DNA of 62,830 nt, filler included, from Alphaproteobacteria bacterium (GTDB taxonomy: Bacteria; Pseudomonadota; Alphaproteobacteria; Caedimonadales; UBA9215), in the NCBI GenBank assembly GCA_024280495.1. It is 5 parts of 5 records of this genome, joined end to end, with 100 filler letters (N's around TTAATTAATTAA, not from the genome) between each part and the next. Parts side by side here need not be neighbours in the genome. Positions count along the whole stretch, not along the records: positions 1 to 6,732 come from JAJRPZ010000011.1; positions 6,833 to 15,170 come from JAJRPZ010000012.1; 3 more parts are not named here. The stretch is one strand, 5' to 3'. The notes below the pieces were generated by a model. The model made no database searches and was not told the DNA's origin. It was given only the letters and a program-made list of their open reading frames with translations. Below, piece by piece: positions 1 to 10,394 of the stretch. How positions within the stretch are numbered: position 1 is the stretch's first letter; every line of letters starts with the position of its first letter. The position numbers were made by a program, and so were the translations under genes.

Positions 1-861
1 GTTGAAAGACTTTCATCGGCAGCCACGAAGGTTGGAAAAATAACACAATTGATTCTAGATATTGCTGAACAAACAAATCTTTTAGCTTTGAATGCCACAA
101 TTGAAGCTGCAAGAGCTGGTGAAGCAGGAAAGGGATTTTCTGTGGTGGCAGCAGAAGTTAAAAATTTAGCGAACCAAACCATGACAGCGGCCGATGAAAT
201 CACTGCCCAGATTTCAGAGATCCAGACCGCAACGGACGAAACAGTGATTGCTATTAAGGAAATTTCATCCACCATTCAAGATATTGATAATATTTCATCC
301 ACCATTGCAGAAGCCGTAAGTCAACAAGATTTGGCAACCAATGAAATCAGTGTAAATACGCAACAAGTTGCCGAAGGAAATCGGGGGGTTGTTCAGAACG
401 TCAAGTCGGTCTCTGAGGGAGTTGAGGACAACCTTCTAAAAGCAGAAAAGGTAACGAACAGTGTGACCATTATGGTTGGGCAAGCGAAAAATATGCAAGA
501 GACTCTAATCCGTGTTTTACGCGAATCTTATGCGGGAGATCGCCGTGATTTTGAGCGTTATAGCACCAATGACTTATCCGTGCAAATTTCAGGGTCCGAT
601 AGTGATGGATCTTATAAGGTTATTGATATTTCCGCAAAAGGCATTGCTCTCTTGGATGCTGAAAATTTACGTAATGGATCAGTAGTGAGTGTTAAAATTC
701 CTGGAATGGAAAATATTAATATTACTGGAGACGTTCAGAAAACATCAGGAAATAAAACGCGAATTATTTTTAATATTTCCGATAAAATTCAAACTGAACT
801 GAACGTATTTTTAGAATCCAATTATCAAAGGAGGGCAATTTCGAATGCAGGAGGGCTCTAA
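1..861 (+). CDS. Methyl-accepting chemotaxis protein with C-terminal PilZ-like domain (5' part outside window)
   Basis: MCP signalling hairpin [38 protein letters not shown]-terminal RRDFER...DISAKG matches PilZ RxxxR / DxSxxG motifs. Confidence 0.9.
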   Translation, partial: VERLSSAATKVGKITQLILDIAEQTNLLALNATIEAARAGEAGKGFSVVAAEVKNLANQTMTAADEITAQISEIQTATDETVIAIKEISSTIQDIDNISSTIAEAVSQQDLATNEISVNTQQVAEGNRGVVQNVKSVSEGVEDNLLKAEKVTNSVTIMVGQAKNMQETLIRVLRESYAGDRRDFERYSTNDLSVQISGSDSDGSYKVIDISAKGIALLDAENLRNGSVVSVKIPGMENINITGDVQKTSGNKTRIIFNISDKIQTELNVFLESNYQRRAISNAGGL

Positions 862-894
862 AACTTTTATTTGACAAGTGCCTTTATTCGTACG

Positions 895-991
895 TTTATT
901 TGATTGTTTTTTAGGTTTACACGAGGTGCTAAATATAATGCGCGTTGTAAACGCGGTGCACTGCAAGTATAAACCTAAAAATAGTTTATAT
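895..991 (-). repeat. Diverged palindromic repeat, family B
   Basis: Inverted arms tttttaggtttacac / gtataaacctaaaaa with central cgcgttgtaaacgcg hairpin; resembles reverse complement of 40778-40882. Confidence 0.55.
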
Positions 992-993
992 GC

Positions 994-1620
994 TTATTTA
1001 AAGGTCCATAAACTAACGCTATTAGGGCCATCGTCTTTAATTTTATAAAATTTTGAGTTTATAGTTAGGCGGCGGGCCTCTCTGATAGCTGCGTCATCCC
1101 TTCCTTTGACTAAGGGGCGACCTGGCTTCCACATACGCCTACGATTTCCCATTTGGCTGAAATCAGGTTTTGGGTTTTCTTTAGTTATACGCCTATGCTT
1201 TATCACTGGGTTTAAATCAGATTCTGGAAGTTTTCCAATTGTACGCTTACGCTTTTTTGTCTGGTTGGAATTAGATTTTGGAAAACTTTTAGTTCTATAA
1301 GTCCATAAGCAAGAGCTATAAGGTCCATCTTTCTCAACTTTATACTTTTCTGGATTTTTTTCAGCCATGTCGTAGGCTTTCTCGAGGGCTGCGGCATCCT
1401 TTGGACCTAAAGGGCGACCTGGCCTCCACGTACCATTTGATTTTTCTTCCTGGTTGGAATCTGATTCTGAAATTTCTTGGGCATTACTTCCAGTAATATC
1501 ACCATGAAAATTACAAGAACCTCTACTTTCATCGGATTCTAGAATATAATCATAATCACGGATTGGACTTGCACTAGCCAAGCTAATGGTTGCTAAGAAG
1601 ATAAAAAAAGTATTTTTCAT
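994..1620 (-). CDS. Secreted hypothetical protein with two copies of a ~46-aa W[RK]PGRPL...DGP...LWT domain
   Basis: 208-aa ORF, signal peptide MKNTFFIFLATISLASA, internal duplication visible in protein and DNA. Confidence 0.8.
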   Translation of the reverse strand: MKNTFFIFLATISLASASPIRDYDYILESDESRGSCNFHGDITGSNAQEISESDSNQEEKSNGTWRPGRPLGPKDAAALEKAYDMAEKNPEKYKVEKDGPYSSCLWTYRTKSFPKSNSNQTKKRKRTIGKLPESDLNPVIKHRRITKENPKPDFSQMGNRRRMWKPGRPLVKGRDDAAIREARRLTINSKFYKIKDDGPNSVSLWTFK

Positions 1621-1899
1621 GTTTTTTCCTATATAATTTTCTTTACTTTTTATATTCTAATTCTTGACAATGAGTCAATTTTATTAATATCAAATTAGAT
1701 ATAAATTTGACATTAATCATTCGTTTAATATTGGATATGTTATATGTTAAATGGTGGAGAAATGAATAACTCCATAAAAAAAGATCTATTATCGCAACAT
1801 AAAATTAACTAGAAATTCAAAATAGAAACACAGAAGAAACAAGATTTTGATGGACGTGCCAAGGGAAGTATCGTAGAAATAGAACTGTATTACTTATAG

Positions 1900-2973
<1,074 letters not shown>

Positions 2974-3025
2974 GGGTAGAAGCCCTGGATAAAAACAAAA
3001 GCTTTCAAGTGACCAAGAGAGATAA

Positions 3026-3892
3026 ATGCTCCTCACACGCAAAAAAGTTTTAAAAACACCCAAACGTACACTAAAGCATATTTTTGTTTCTCCGAAAAAC
3101 AGAGGTAAACAAGTTTTAATTGCGGTTTGTAGTGTTCTTATTTATGTTTTTTTCCTTCCTAAAACAGATATCAAATCCCATGTAAGTGATCTCTTGAACG
3201 ATGCTTCTGTTTTGGCTTTGGCTACAATAGAGTCTCCTTCGAAAATACTTTTTCATTACAAAAAACACCTCAATCGCCATAGGCGCCTTTCTCAAGATGC
3301 TTTTCTATTGGAGCGCGCCCTCGCGGATCTCAAAAAGACCAAAAACAGCCTCAAGGCTCAAGTATTTGAAAATAAAGAATTACGCAACCTTCTCTCCCTT
3401 CAAAACACTCTCTCTCCCCATGAAGCAACCCATAATATGACCGTGCCATGTTTTGGTCAGCACTCTGGACTTGAAAAATCCATGCTTTTTTTACATGCTG
3501 GTCATCAACAAAATTTACAGAGATTTGATCCTGTCCTTTTTAAGGGCGCGCTGGTTGGACAAGTTGATCATATTGGAGGACAAACTTCTCGTGTTCTTCT
3601 CATCACTAACCCAAATTCGCGCATTCCTGTTATTAGTGAAAAATCAAATGGCGAAGGTATTCTAACGGGAGACGAATACGGCAACCTCAAACTTGATTTC
3701 ACCAATAAACCCGAAAGTTTTATTCAAGGAGAAGCAGTTTTTACCTCTGGTGTCGATGGCTATCTTGCGAGAGGTCTCATGATTGGACATGTCAGTTATT
3801 TAGAAAATGAAACCGTTTACATTAAAGCTTCCGTAAATCCAAAAGAAGCAACATATGTTCAAATCCGCCATGGTGTAAAGGAAAATCCATGA
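3026..3892 (+). CDS. mreC: Rod shape-determining protein MreC
   Basis: TM segment, coiled coil ENKELRNLL, SRVLLIT..SRIPV, TSGVDG; follows mreB. Confidence 0.93.
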   Translation: MLLTRKKVLKTPKRTLKHIFVSPKNRGKQVLIAVCSVLIYVFFLPKTDIKSHVSDLLNDASVLALATIESPSKILFHYKKHLNRHRRLSQDAFLLERALADLKKTKNSLKAQVFENKELRNLLSLQNTLSPHEATHNMTVPCFGQHSGLEKSMLFLHAGHQQNLQRFDPVLFKGALVGQVDHIGGQTSRVLLITNPNSRIPVISEKSNGEGILTGDEYGNLKLDFTNKPESFIQGEAVFTSGVDGYLARGLMIGHVSYLENETVYIKASVNPKEATYVQIRHGVKENP

Positions 3893-4431
3893 GAATAAGT
3901 AGCCTTTCTAGTTCTCCAAATAATGCTCTAAAAATCACCATATCTGCATCTAATATTTTTTTTAGTCATTTTTATGTTTTTCTGATTATTTTTTTATGTG
4001 GCGCTTTTTCCATTGTGAATATCCCTCTATTACCTCAAGATTTATGGCTTCCTCTTGTTTTACCTTGCACCATGACAGCTCTTATTTATTTTCCAAAAGT
4101 CATTTTATTTCCCCTCATTTTCGTTGGATTGTGGATGGATCATATATTAATGTTTTCCTCTGGAATTCATGCAGTATTCATGGTTTTAACATTAATAAGC
4201 ATCCGCACCCTTGAAAATTTTTCCAAGCAACACACTTTCCTTAGCCGCTGGGGACTCTTTTTTTTCTCAACTCTTTTATATTTTGTGGTTATGACAGTTT
4301 TCTCGGACTATTTTATGAATAAAAATATGTATTTTAGTTTCTTTTTGACGATTTTTTCTTTCCCTCTTTTCTTGGGAGTTTTCAGATATCTCCTTTCTCC
4401 AGCAATGCGCCTTGTGCCAAAAAGGCCCTGA
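3889..4431 (+). CDS. mreD: Probable MreD (polytopic membrane protein)
   Basis: Hydrophobic 180 aa with GLWMD motif, between mreC and mrdA, overlapping mreC stop. Confidence 0.7.
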   Translation: MRISSLSSSPNNALKITISASNIFFSHFYVFLIIFLCGAFSIVNIPLLPQDLWLPLVLPCTMTALIYFPKVILFPLIFVGLWMDHILMFSSGIHAVFMVLTLISIRTLENFSKQHTFLSRWGLFFFSTLLYFVVMTVFSDYFMNKNMYFSFFLTIFSFPLFLGVFRYLLSPAMRLVPKRP

Positions 4432-4442
4432 GGATAATCACT

Positions 4443-6290
4443 ATGTTTTCATTCAAAAACAAACGTTCTAAAAAAGAATCTCCCCCTCATTCCGATGGAA
4501 GTACTTTCACCAGGCGCGCGCTCTTTATTGGTGGTGTTCAAATTATTCTTGGTGCGTCACTTATGGGGCGCCTTGCTTATCTTGGAAGTTCTAGGCAATC
4601 AACTTATAAAGCCCTTTCCGATGAAAACCGAATCAGAGTAAAATTCGATATGCCAAAACGCGGTCTTATTTATGACCGCAATAACCTTCTTCTTGCAGAC
4701 AATCAGCAGACGTACCGTCTTATGATCACTCCTGATCAATGTGTTTCTATTAAGGATACGATCAAAGCCCTTTCTGTTTTTTACCCTATTGACTTGGAAG
4801 ATATGGAAGAGATCATCAAACGTATCCGTTTTAAACCAAAATTCATGCCATCATCTATAAGTGAAGGTATCCCATGGAAAGATGTTTGCCGTCTTGAAAT
4901 GATATTATGCGATTTTCCAGGATGCTTCATAGAGCAAGGTTGGTCACGTCATTATCCCAATGGTTACGCAACTGCTCACCTTATTGGATATGTGCAAACC
5001 CCTGCAAAGGATGATAAAAACAACAGTCCTATTTATCGCCTTTCGGATTTTCGATTGGGAAAAACTGGTGTGGAAAAAACTTTTGACACATCCCTTAGGG
5101 GCTCTGTTGGAATCAAGCGTCTTGAGGTAAATGCCAGGGGAAAAACTGTGAAAAATCTGGAAAGTCGCCCCAGTATTTCTGGTCATGAACATCAACTCAG
5201 TATTGATTTAACTCTTCAGTCATATGTGCAACATCGCCTTTCTAAAATCCAAAGCGGTAGTGCCATCGTCATGGATATTCATTCTGGAGAGATTCTTTCC
5301 ATGGTTTCTGCACCCAGTTTTGATGCCAATCTTTTCACCAATGGTATTCGCTCAAAAGAGTGGAAACAACTTTTACACAATCCTTATGGTTGCCTACACA
5401 ATAAAGCTCTCCATGGCCTTTATCCCCCAGGTTCTTTATTTAAAATGGTGGTGGCTCTTGCTGCCTTTGAATCAGGTCTTGTTTCCCATAGCCACACTTG
5501 CCATTGCAAGGGATATATTGATATAGGACGTCACCGTTTTCACTGTTGGCATAAACGGGGGGGGCACGGTAAAGTCAGCATCATCAAAGCTCTCTACCAA
5601 TCCTGCGATGTTTATTTTTATGAAATTGCAGAAATTATTGGCCCTGAGGCCATCCGCCTCATGTCTCTTCAAATGGGATTCGGTCAACGAACGGGTGTTG
5701 AGCTTCCCCATGAAAAATCTGGCCTTATCCCTGATGATTCTTGGATGGGTCGCCAACGAGGACGTAAATGGATGACAGGCGACACCCTGAATATGAGCAT
5801 TGGCCAAGGAGCACTTCTAACCACCCCTTTACAGTTAACCCTGATGACAGCGCGTCTTGCCCACCCCAAGGGCCTTGCTATCACGCCAACATTGATTCCT
5901 GGAAAGAAAAAAGAATTTGAGAGCTTAAATCTCAATCCAGAATCATTACGCCTTATCAAACAAGGTCTTTCCATGACCGTTAACACGCCCTCAGGCCTTG
6001 CCTACAAAAACCGTATTCGCGAAAAAGGTTTTGAGATGGCAGGGAAGACCGCAACCTGCCAAGTGCGACGCATTACCATGGCCGAACGAAAACGAGGTAT
6101 CACTCGCAATGATCAGCGCCCTTGGAAGCATAGGGATCACGCTCTCTTTTCAGGATATGCTCCTGTTAACAATCCTAAATATGCCGTTGCTATTGTGGTG
6201 GAGCATGGGGGCGCTGGAGGAAAAATAGCGGCCCCCCTTGGCCATGATATTCTTCTTAAAACCCAACGCGCCCTGGCTAAAAATGAATAA
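4443..6290 (+). CDS. mrdA: Penicillin-binding protein 2
   Basis: RGLIYDRN, PGSLFK (SxxK), SCD, GKT motifs; mre operon position. Confidence 0.96.
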   Translation: MFSFKNKRSKKESPPHSDGSTFTRRALFIGGVQIILGASLMGRLAYLGSSRQSTYKALSDENRIRVKFDMPKRGLIYDRNNLLLADNQQTYRLMITPDQCVSIKDTIKALSVFYPIDLEDMEEIIKRIRFKPKFMPSSISEGIPWKDVCRLEMILCDFPGCFIEQGWSRHYPNGYATAHLIGYVQTPAKDDKNNSPIYRLSDFRLGKTGVEKTFDTSLRGSVGIKRLEVNARGKTVKNLESRPSISGHEHQLSIDLTLQSYVQHRLSKIQSGSAIVMDIHSGEILSMVSAPSFDANLFTNGIRSKEWKQLLHNPYGCLHNKALHGLYPPGSLFKMVVALAAFESGLVSHSHTCHCKGYIDIGRHRFHCWHKRGGHGKVSIIKALYQSCDVYFYEIAEIIGPEAIRLMSLQMGFGQRTGVELPHEKSGLIPDDSWMGRQRGRKWMTGDTLNMSIGQGALLTTPLQLTLMTARLAHPKGLAITPTLIPGKKKEFESLNLNPESLRLIKQGLSMTVNTPSGLAYKNRIREKGFEMAGKTATCQVRRITMAERKRGITRNDQRPWKHRDHALFSGYAPVNNPKYAVAIVVEHGGAGGKIAAPLGHDILLKTQRALAKNE

Positions 6291-6360
6291 TATAGTCGTT
6301 CGAAAAATATGGATCTCCCTCAATTAATGTGGACTTTCAGAAATGTCTTAAAACTACTAT
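6291..6360. repeat. Short, internally deleted family A MITE-like element
   Basis: Begins tatagtcgttcgaaaaa and ends gtcttaaaactactat, matching family A terminal inverted repeats; directly after mrdA stop. Confidence 0.6.
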
Positions 6361-6366
6361 TATCAG

Positions 6367-6732
6367 GGGATTAAAACAACACTGGATAATGATGCCCTTC
6401 TAATGGCAATCTGGAAACGTAAACCAGCTACGGGGCTTATTTCCCATACGGATCGAGGCAGTCAGTACGTTTCCCATAGTCATAGAGAATTATTGGAACT
6501 TCACGGCATTAAACAGAGCATGAGCCGAAAAGGAAATTGCTGGGATAATGCTGTTGCTGAGAGTTTCTTTCATACGTTGAAAACAGAGCTAACCCACCAT
6601 GAGAAATTTAAAACTAGAAAAGAGGCAAAACAAGCGATATTCAATTATATTGAGACTTATTATAATAGAATCAGAATGCATTCTGCCAATGATTACCTAT
6701 CACCTGTGGAGTATGAAAAAACTCAAATAGCA
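6367..6732 (+). mobile_element. IS3-family transposase OrfB fragment (5'-truncated, runs into contig end)
   Basis: [45 protein letters not shown] integrase-core motifs. Confidence 0.93.
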
Positions 6733-6832
6733 NNNNNNNNNNNNNNNNNNNNNNNNNNNNNNNNNNNNNNNNNNNNTTAATTAATTAANNNNNNNNNNNN
6801 NNNNNNNNNNNNNNNNNNNNNNNNNNNNNNNN
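6733..6832. other. Artificial contig linker
   Basis: N-run + TTAATTAATTAA + N-run, 100 bp. Confidence 0.99.
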
Positions 6833-7724
6833 ATCTACAAAATATGCAGCGGACTCCGTTGTGCGTTATGATGCCATTGAATCTAGCCTTAAAACAATTA
6901 ATATTAACCCTTTCATTGCTTATAAAATCAATCAAATGGTTGCCGTTGCCGTTGGTGTTCAAGCACAACAAGCTGATGTAACTCTATCAAAAGCAGCGCG
7001 AGTAATTGGTACGCCTGCAACGGATGTTCTTACTAAGGCAACAGGTAAAGACTGGGGCTTTGGTATGAACGTTGCGATTTTTGTGAATCCTTGGAAAGAT
7101 GGTCATTTTGGTTTGACTTATCAAAGTCATGTGCGCCACAATATATCTGGTAATTTTAATGCGACTGGAGGAACATTGGGGGTACCTGGTGCTTTTGCTG
7201 CTCTTAATATCGTTGCTGGTGACCAGGCAATCAAAGCAGCTATGACAACACCTGAAATCGTTGCTGCTCACTATACCCATGATATTACTGATAAGTTAAC
7301 TGTTGGAGCGACAGCAAAATGGACACGATGGACGCGCTATGACAAATTAACCGTTAAACTTGCCTCCAATGGAAATACTGTTGGTAGAACTGAAGAGCAA
7401 AACTGGTCTAATACTTGGTTTCTTGCACTTGGGGGAACATACAAGTTAAACGAAGCTTGGGCTCTTCGTATGGGTGTTGCCTATGATCAAACGCCAATTA
7501 CAGAACACCGTTCTGCCCGTTTGCCTGGTAATGACCGTACGTGGGTTTCTGCTGGTGTTGAATGGAATCCATCTGAATTTACAAAAGTTGGTTTATCCTA
7601 CACGCATATTTTTGTGCGTGACACCAATATTGACCGTGGTGACGCAGGCCTTGGTAATCGCACTGTTGGTAAATTTAAAAACACTGTTGATATCATTGGT
7701 TTCCAGGCCAACTTTAAATTTTAA
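6833..7724 (+). CDS. fadL: FadL/OmpP1 long-chain fatty acid outer-membrane transporter (5' part lost in gap)
   Basis: LKTININP, WTRWT, LRMGVAYDQTP, RLPGNDRTW, C-terminal Phe of beta-barrel. Confidence 0.88.
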
Positions 7725-7777
7725 TAATAAGAAAATAACTGATACGCCTGTTTTTTTAGGGACGTTTCAAACTTTAG

Positions 7778-7800
7778 GAGGGCTTTGGCCCTCTTTTTTT
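7778..7800 (+). terminator. Intrinsic terminator after fadL
   Basis: gagggc-tttg-gccctc followed by T7. Confidence 0.7.
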
Positions 7801-7886
7801 ATCCCTATGGACTTTGTTTAAATTAAATGAGAGAATTTCTATATTGCCTTTTTCAAAGGGCTTTATTTTAAACAGGGAGAATCAAA

Positions 7887-8180
7887 ATGACTTCAAGCAA
7901 TAAAAAACTACTAACTGGTGCTTTAGCATTGGCAGTATCCACATTGGGTGCAACGGCAGTGAGTGCAGAAACTGAAAAATGTTATGGTGTTGTTAAGGCT
8001 GGTAAAAATGGTTGTGCTGGTGGGGCTTCAAAGCATTCATGCCAGGGTCAATCCAAACATGATGCCGATGGTTCCGAATGGGTTCCAATGCCAAAAGGTC
8101 TTTGCGCGAAAATAGTTGGTGGTAAACTTGAAGCACATGAATCAGATGCTGATAAAACCCGTAAAGCAGGTGAAAAATAA
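7887..8180 (+). CDS. DUF2282 (BufA1-type) RiPP precursor with signal peptide
   Basis: EKCYGVVKAGKNGC...HSCQGQS...W...PKGLCAKIVGG, four Cys; RBS gggaga. Confidence 0.92.
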   Translation: MTSSNKKLLTGALALAVSTLGATAVSAETEKCYGVVKAGKNGCAGGASKHSCQGQSKHDADGSEWVPMPKGLCAKIVGGKLEAHESDADKTRKAGEK

Positions 8181-8205
8181 AATAAAAATTGATTGAAGGT
8201 TTTGC

Positions 8206-9084
8206 ATGATGGTTATCACTAAAACCGCAGTGGGTGTTGGCCTTCGATCTTTTTTGTATAAAGATATTATCGCAACTTTAGGCTCGGATTCTTCCTCGGA
8301 CTCCCTGCCAAATTTTTTTGAGATTCATCCAGAAAATTATAGGGGCGGCGGTTTTGATCGCCATATATTGCGGCAAGTTAGAGATAAAATGCCCCTTAGT
8401 TTTCATAGTATAGGCTTGTCACTTGGTAGTACTCAATTGCCCAACCGAGAACATTTACAGGCTTTAAAAACACTCACCAATGATTTTAAACCAGACCTTT
8501 TTTCCGATCACGTTTCCTGGAGTTCCAGTGGTAACGCGCACCTGAATGATCTTTTGCCTATTCCTTATAATCAAGACTCCCTTTCTTATATTTCACGAAA
8601 TATTGATTTGGTACAGACTACTCTCGGGGATCAGATGCTTGTTGAAAATCCTTCCAGTTATTTTCAACTTAAAGCATCTACCTATGATGAACCTTCTTTT
8701 TTAAATGAGTTATGTAGTGCATCGGGATGTGCTCTTCTTTTAGATATTAATAATATTTACGTTCAAAGTTTTAATCACAATTTTTGCGCCTATTCTTATA
8801 TTGATAAAATCAATCCAGGATTGGTTCAGGAATATCATTTAGCTGGGCATCAGCATTATGACGGAAAAACCTGCACCTTAAAAATTGATACCCACGATCA
8901 ATATATTTGCGATGAAGTGTGGGATTTGTATGTTTATGCCCTTGGAAAAATAGGTTTTGCACCCACGCTCATTGAATGGGATTCAAACTGCCCAAGCTAT
9001 GATGCTCTTTGTGGTGAGGTTAAAAAAGCAAAGGAAGTGATAAAAAAAAGAGAGCAATCTTTTTTAGAGAGGCGTCATGGTTGA
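8206..9084 (+). CDS. DUF692 multinuclear non-heme iron oxidase (MNIO, BufB-type)
   Basis: GVGLR, FEIHPENY, HSIGLSLG, SDHVSW, LVENPSSY, LLDINN, YHLAGH, IDTH, LIEWD. Confidence 0.96.
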   Translation: MMVITKTAVGVGLRSFLYKDIIATLGSDSSSDSLPNFFEIHPENYRGGGFDRHILRQVRDKMPLSFHSIGLSLGSTQLPNREHLQALKTLTNDFKPDLFSDHVSWSSSGNAHLNDLLPIPYNQDSLSYISRNIDLVQTTLGDQMLVENPSSYFQLKASTYDEPSFLNELCSASGCALLLDINNIYVQSFNHNFCAYSYIDKINPGLVQEYHLAGHQHYDGKTCTLKIDTHDQYICDEVWDLYVYALGKIGFAPTLIEWDSNCPSYDALCGEVKKAKEVIKKREQSFLERRHG

Positions 9085-9874
9085 GGTTTATCAAAAAGAT
9101 TTTTATGCATTGATGAAACAGGGTTCCTGCCTGGATAAAAAGGGCACCATTACATTTAGTAAAAACTTTCTTCCTTATGACACCGAGGAATCCCAAGAGC
9201 GTTTGGAAATTTACCATAATAATGTTCTGGGATCTTTGAGTAACGTTTTAGGGGTAACGTATCCTTTATGTAAAGCCCTCATAGGAAAAGATTTTTTTCG
9301 AAAAATCTCTCATACTTATGTGAAAGACTATTTTCCCACCCAGCCAAGTTTGCTTTTTTGGGGGGAAGAATTTCCTGATTTTATTAATAATTTTGGTCGT
9401 ACCCATAATTATGCCTATTGGGGGGATTTGGCTCTTGCTGAATGGTATTTGAATTCTGTGTTTTATGCCAAAGATCAAGAGTTCTATGAGTTGAAAGATT
9501 TAGAGGCTCTCCTTGAAAAAGAAGACTATGGAAGAATAAGTTTATCATTGATTGACGCCTGTATGATTCAAAAATCCCCCTTCAACTTACCATCTTTATT
9601 AAGTTTCTTGAAAGAGAAGGGTGCTGGGGACTTAGTTGGGGATATAGACCAAGAAACTCATCTGATTTATTATCGGGATCAGGATTTAAAAGCTCAATAT
9701 TTAGCAGTAGATTCTGTTTATTTTGAAGCCCTTGTTTTTTTGCGTGTTGATTCAGGGCAGGAGGCGAAAACTCTTGAGGGGCTCACGTCGTTTTTTGTGG
9801 ATCAAGGTCAAAGTGAGGTTCTTGGGTCATTCATACAGTTTTTATTTCAACTTAGACTATTACGAAAGGAATAA
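9077..9874 (+). CDS. DUF2063 MNIO partner protein (BufC/HvfC-type)
   Basis: RLEIYHNN...L...YP....LIG..FF, WGEEFPDF, DLALAEW; overlaps DUF692 stop. Confidence 0.88.
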   Translation: MVEVYQKDFYALMKQGSCLDKKGTITFSKNFLPYDTEESQERLEIYHNNVLGSLSNVLGVTYPLCKALIGKDFFRKISHTYVKDYFPTQPSLLFWGEEFPDFINNFGRTHNYAYWGDLALAEWYLNSVFYAKDQEFYELKDLEALLEKEDYGRISLSLIDACMIQKSPFNLPSLLSFLKEKGAGDLVGDIDQETHLIYYRDQDLKAQYLAVDSVYFEALVFLRVDSGQEAKTLEGLTSFFVDQGQSEVLGSFIQFLFQLRLLRKE

Positions 9875-9879
9875 TTAAA

Positions 9880-10326
9880 GTGCTTCAACAAATTAAAAAA
9901 TGTAAGTCGTTTTTTCAGAGTAAAGCAGAGTTTTTTCTAGGCCCTCTTGCAGTTTTGGGATTGCGTCTTTATATGGCTCAAATTTTCTTTAAGTCAGGTC
10001 ATTTAAAGTTTGAAAATTATCTCAATGATGATTGGGAAAGCACATTATTTCTTTTTAGGGAGATCCATCCACTGCCTGGTATTCCTGTTGAATTAGCCGC
10101 GGTGATGGGAACAGCTGGTGAGCTTGGCCTATCAGTGTTGCTTGCCGTTGGTTTCATGGGGCGGTTTGCTGCTGTGGGTCTTTTTTTTATGACCAGTGTT
10201 ATTCAATTTGTTATGCCTGAAATAAACGTGCACCTCATTTGGTTCTTAATGCTTGGAGCCTTGATTGCTTATGGTTCGGGTCCCCTTTCTGTGGATGGCG
10301 TTTTTCGACTTTTTTCCAAACGTTAA
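9880..10326 (+). CDS. DoxX-family membrane protein (BufD-type)
   Basis: LRLYMAQIFFKSG, ELGLSVLLAVG..GRFAA, GSGPLSVD. Confidence 0.9.
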   Translation: MLQQIKKCKSFFQSKAEFFLGPLAVLGLRLYMAQIFFKSGHLKFENYLNDDWESTLFLFREIHPLPGIPVELAAVMGTAGELGLSVLLAVGFMGRFAAVGLFFMTSVIQFVMPEINVHLIWFLMLGALIAYGSGPLSVDGVFRLFSKR

Positions 10327-10394
10327 GCGTCTTGCCTGAACCCTTTTTATTTTGTATAAATTAGGGATAGATTAATTAATTTTCCATAGGATTT

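Noticed and set aside
6283..6327. Mini-ORF MNNIVVRKIWISLN overlapping the mrdA stop looked like a truncated rodA N-terminus
   Set aside because: The sequence from 6291 is better explained as the family A terminal repeat (tatagtcgttcgaaaaa) with a matching right end at 6360
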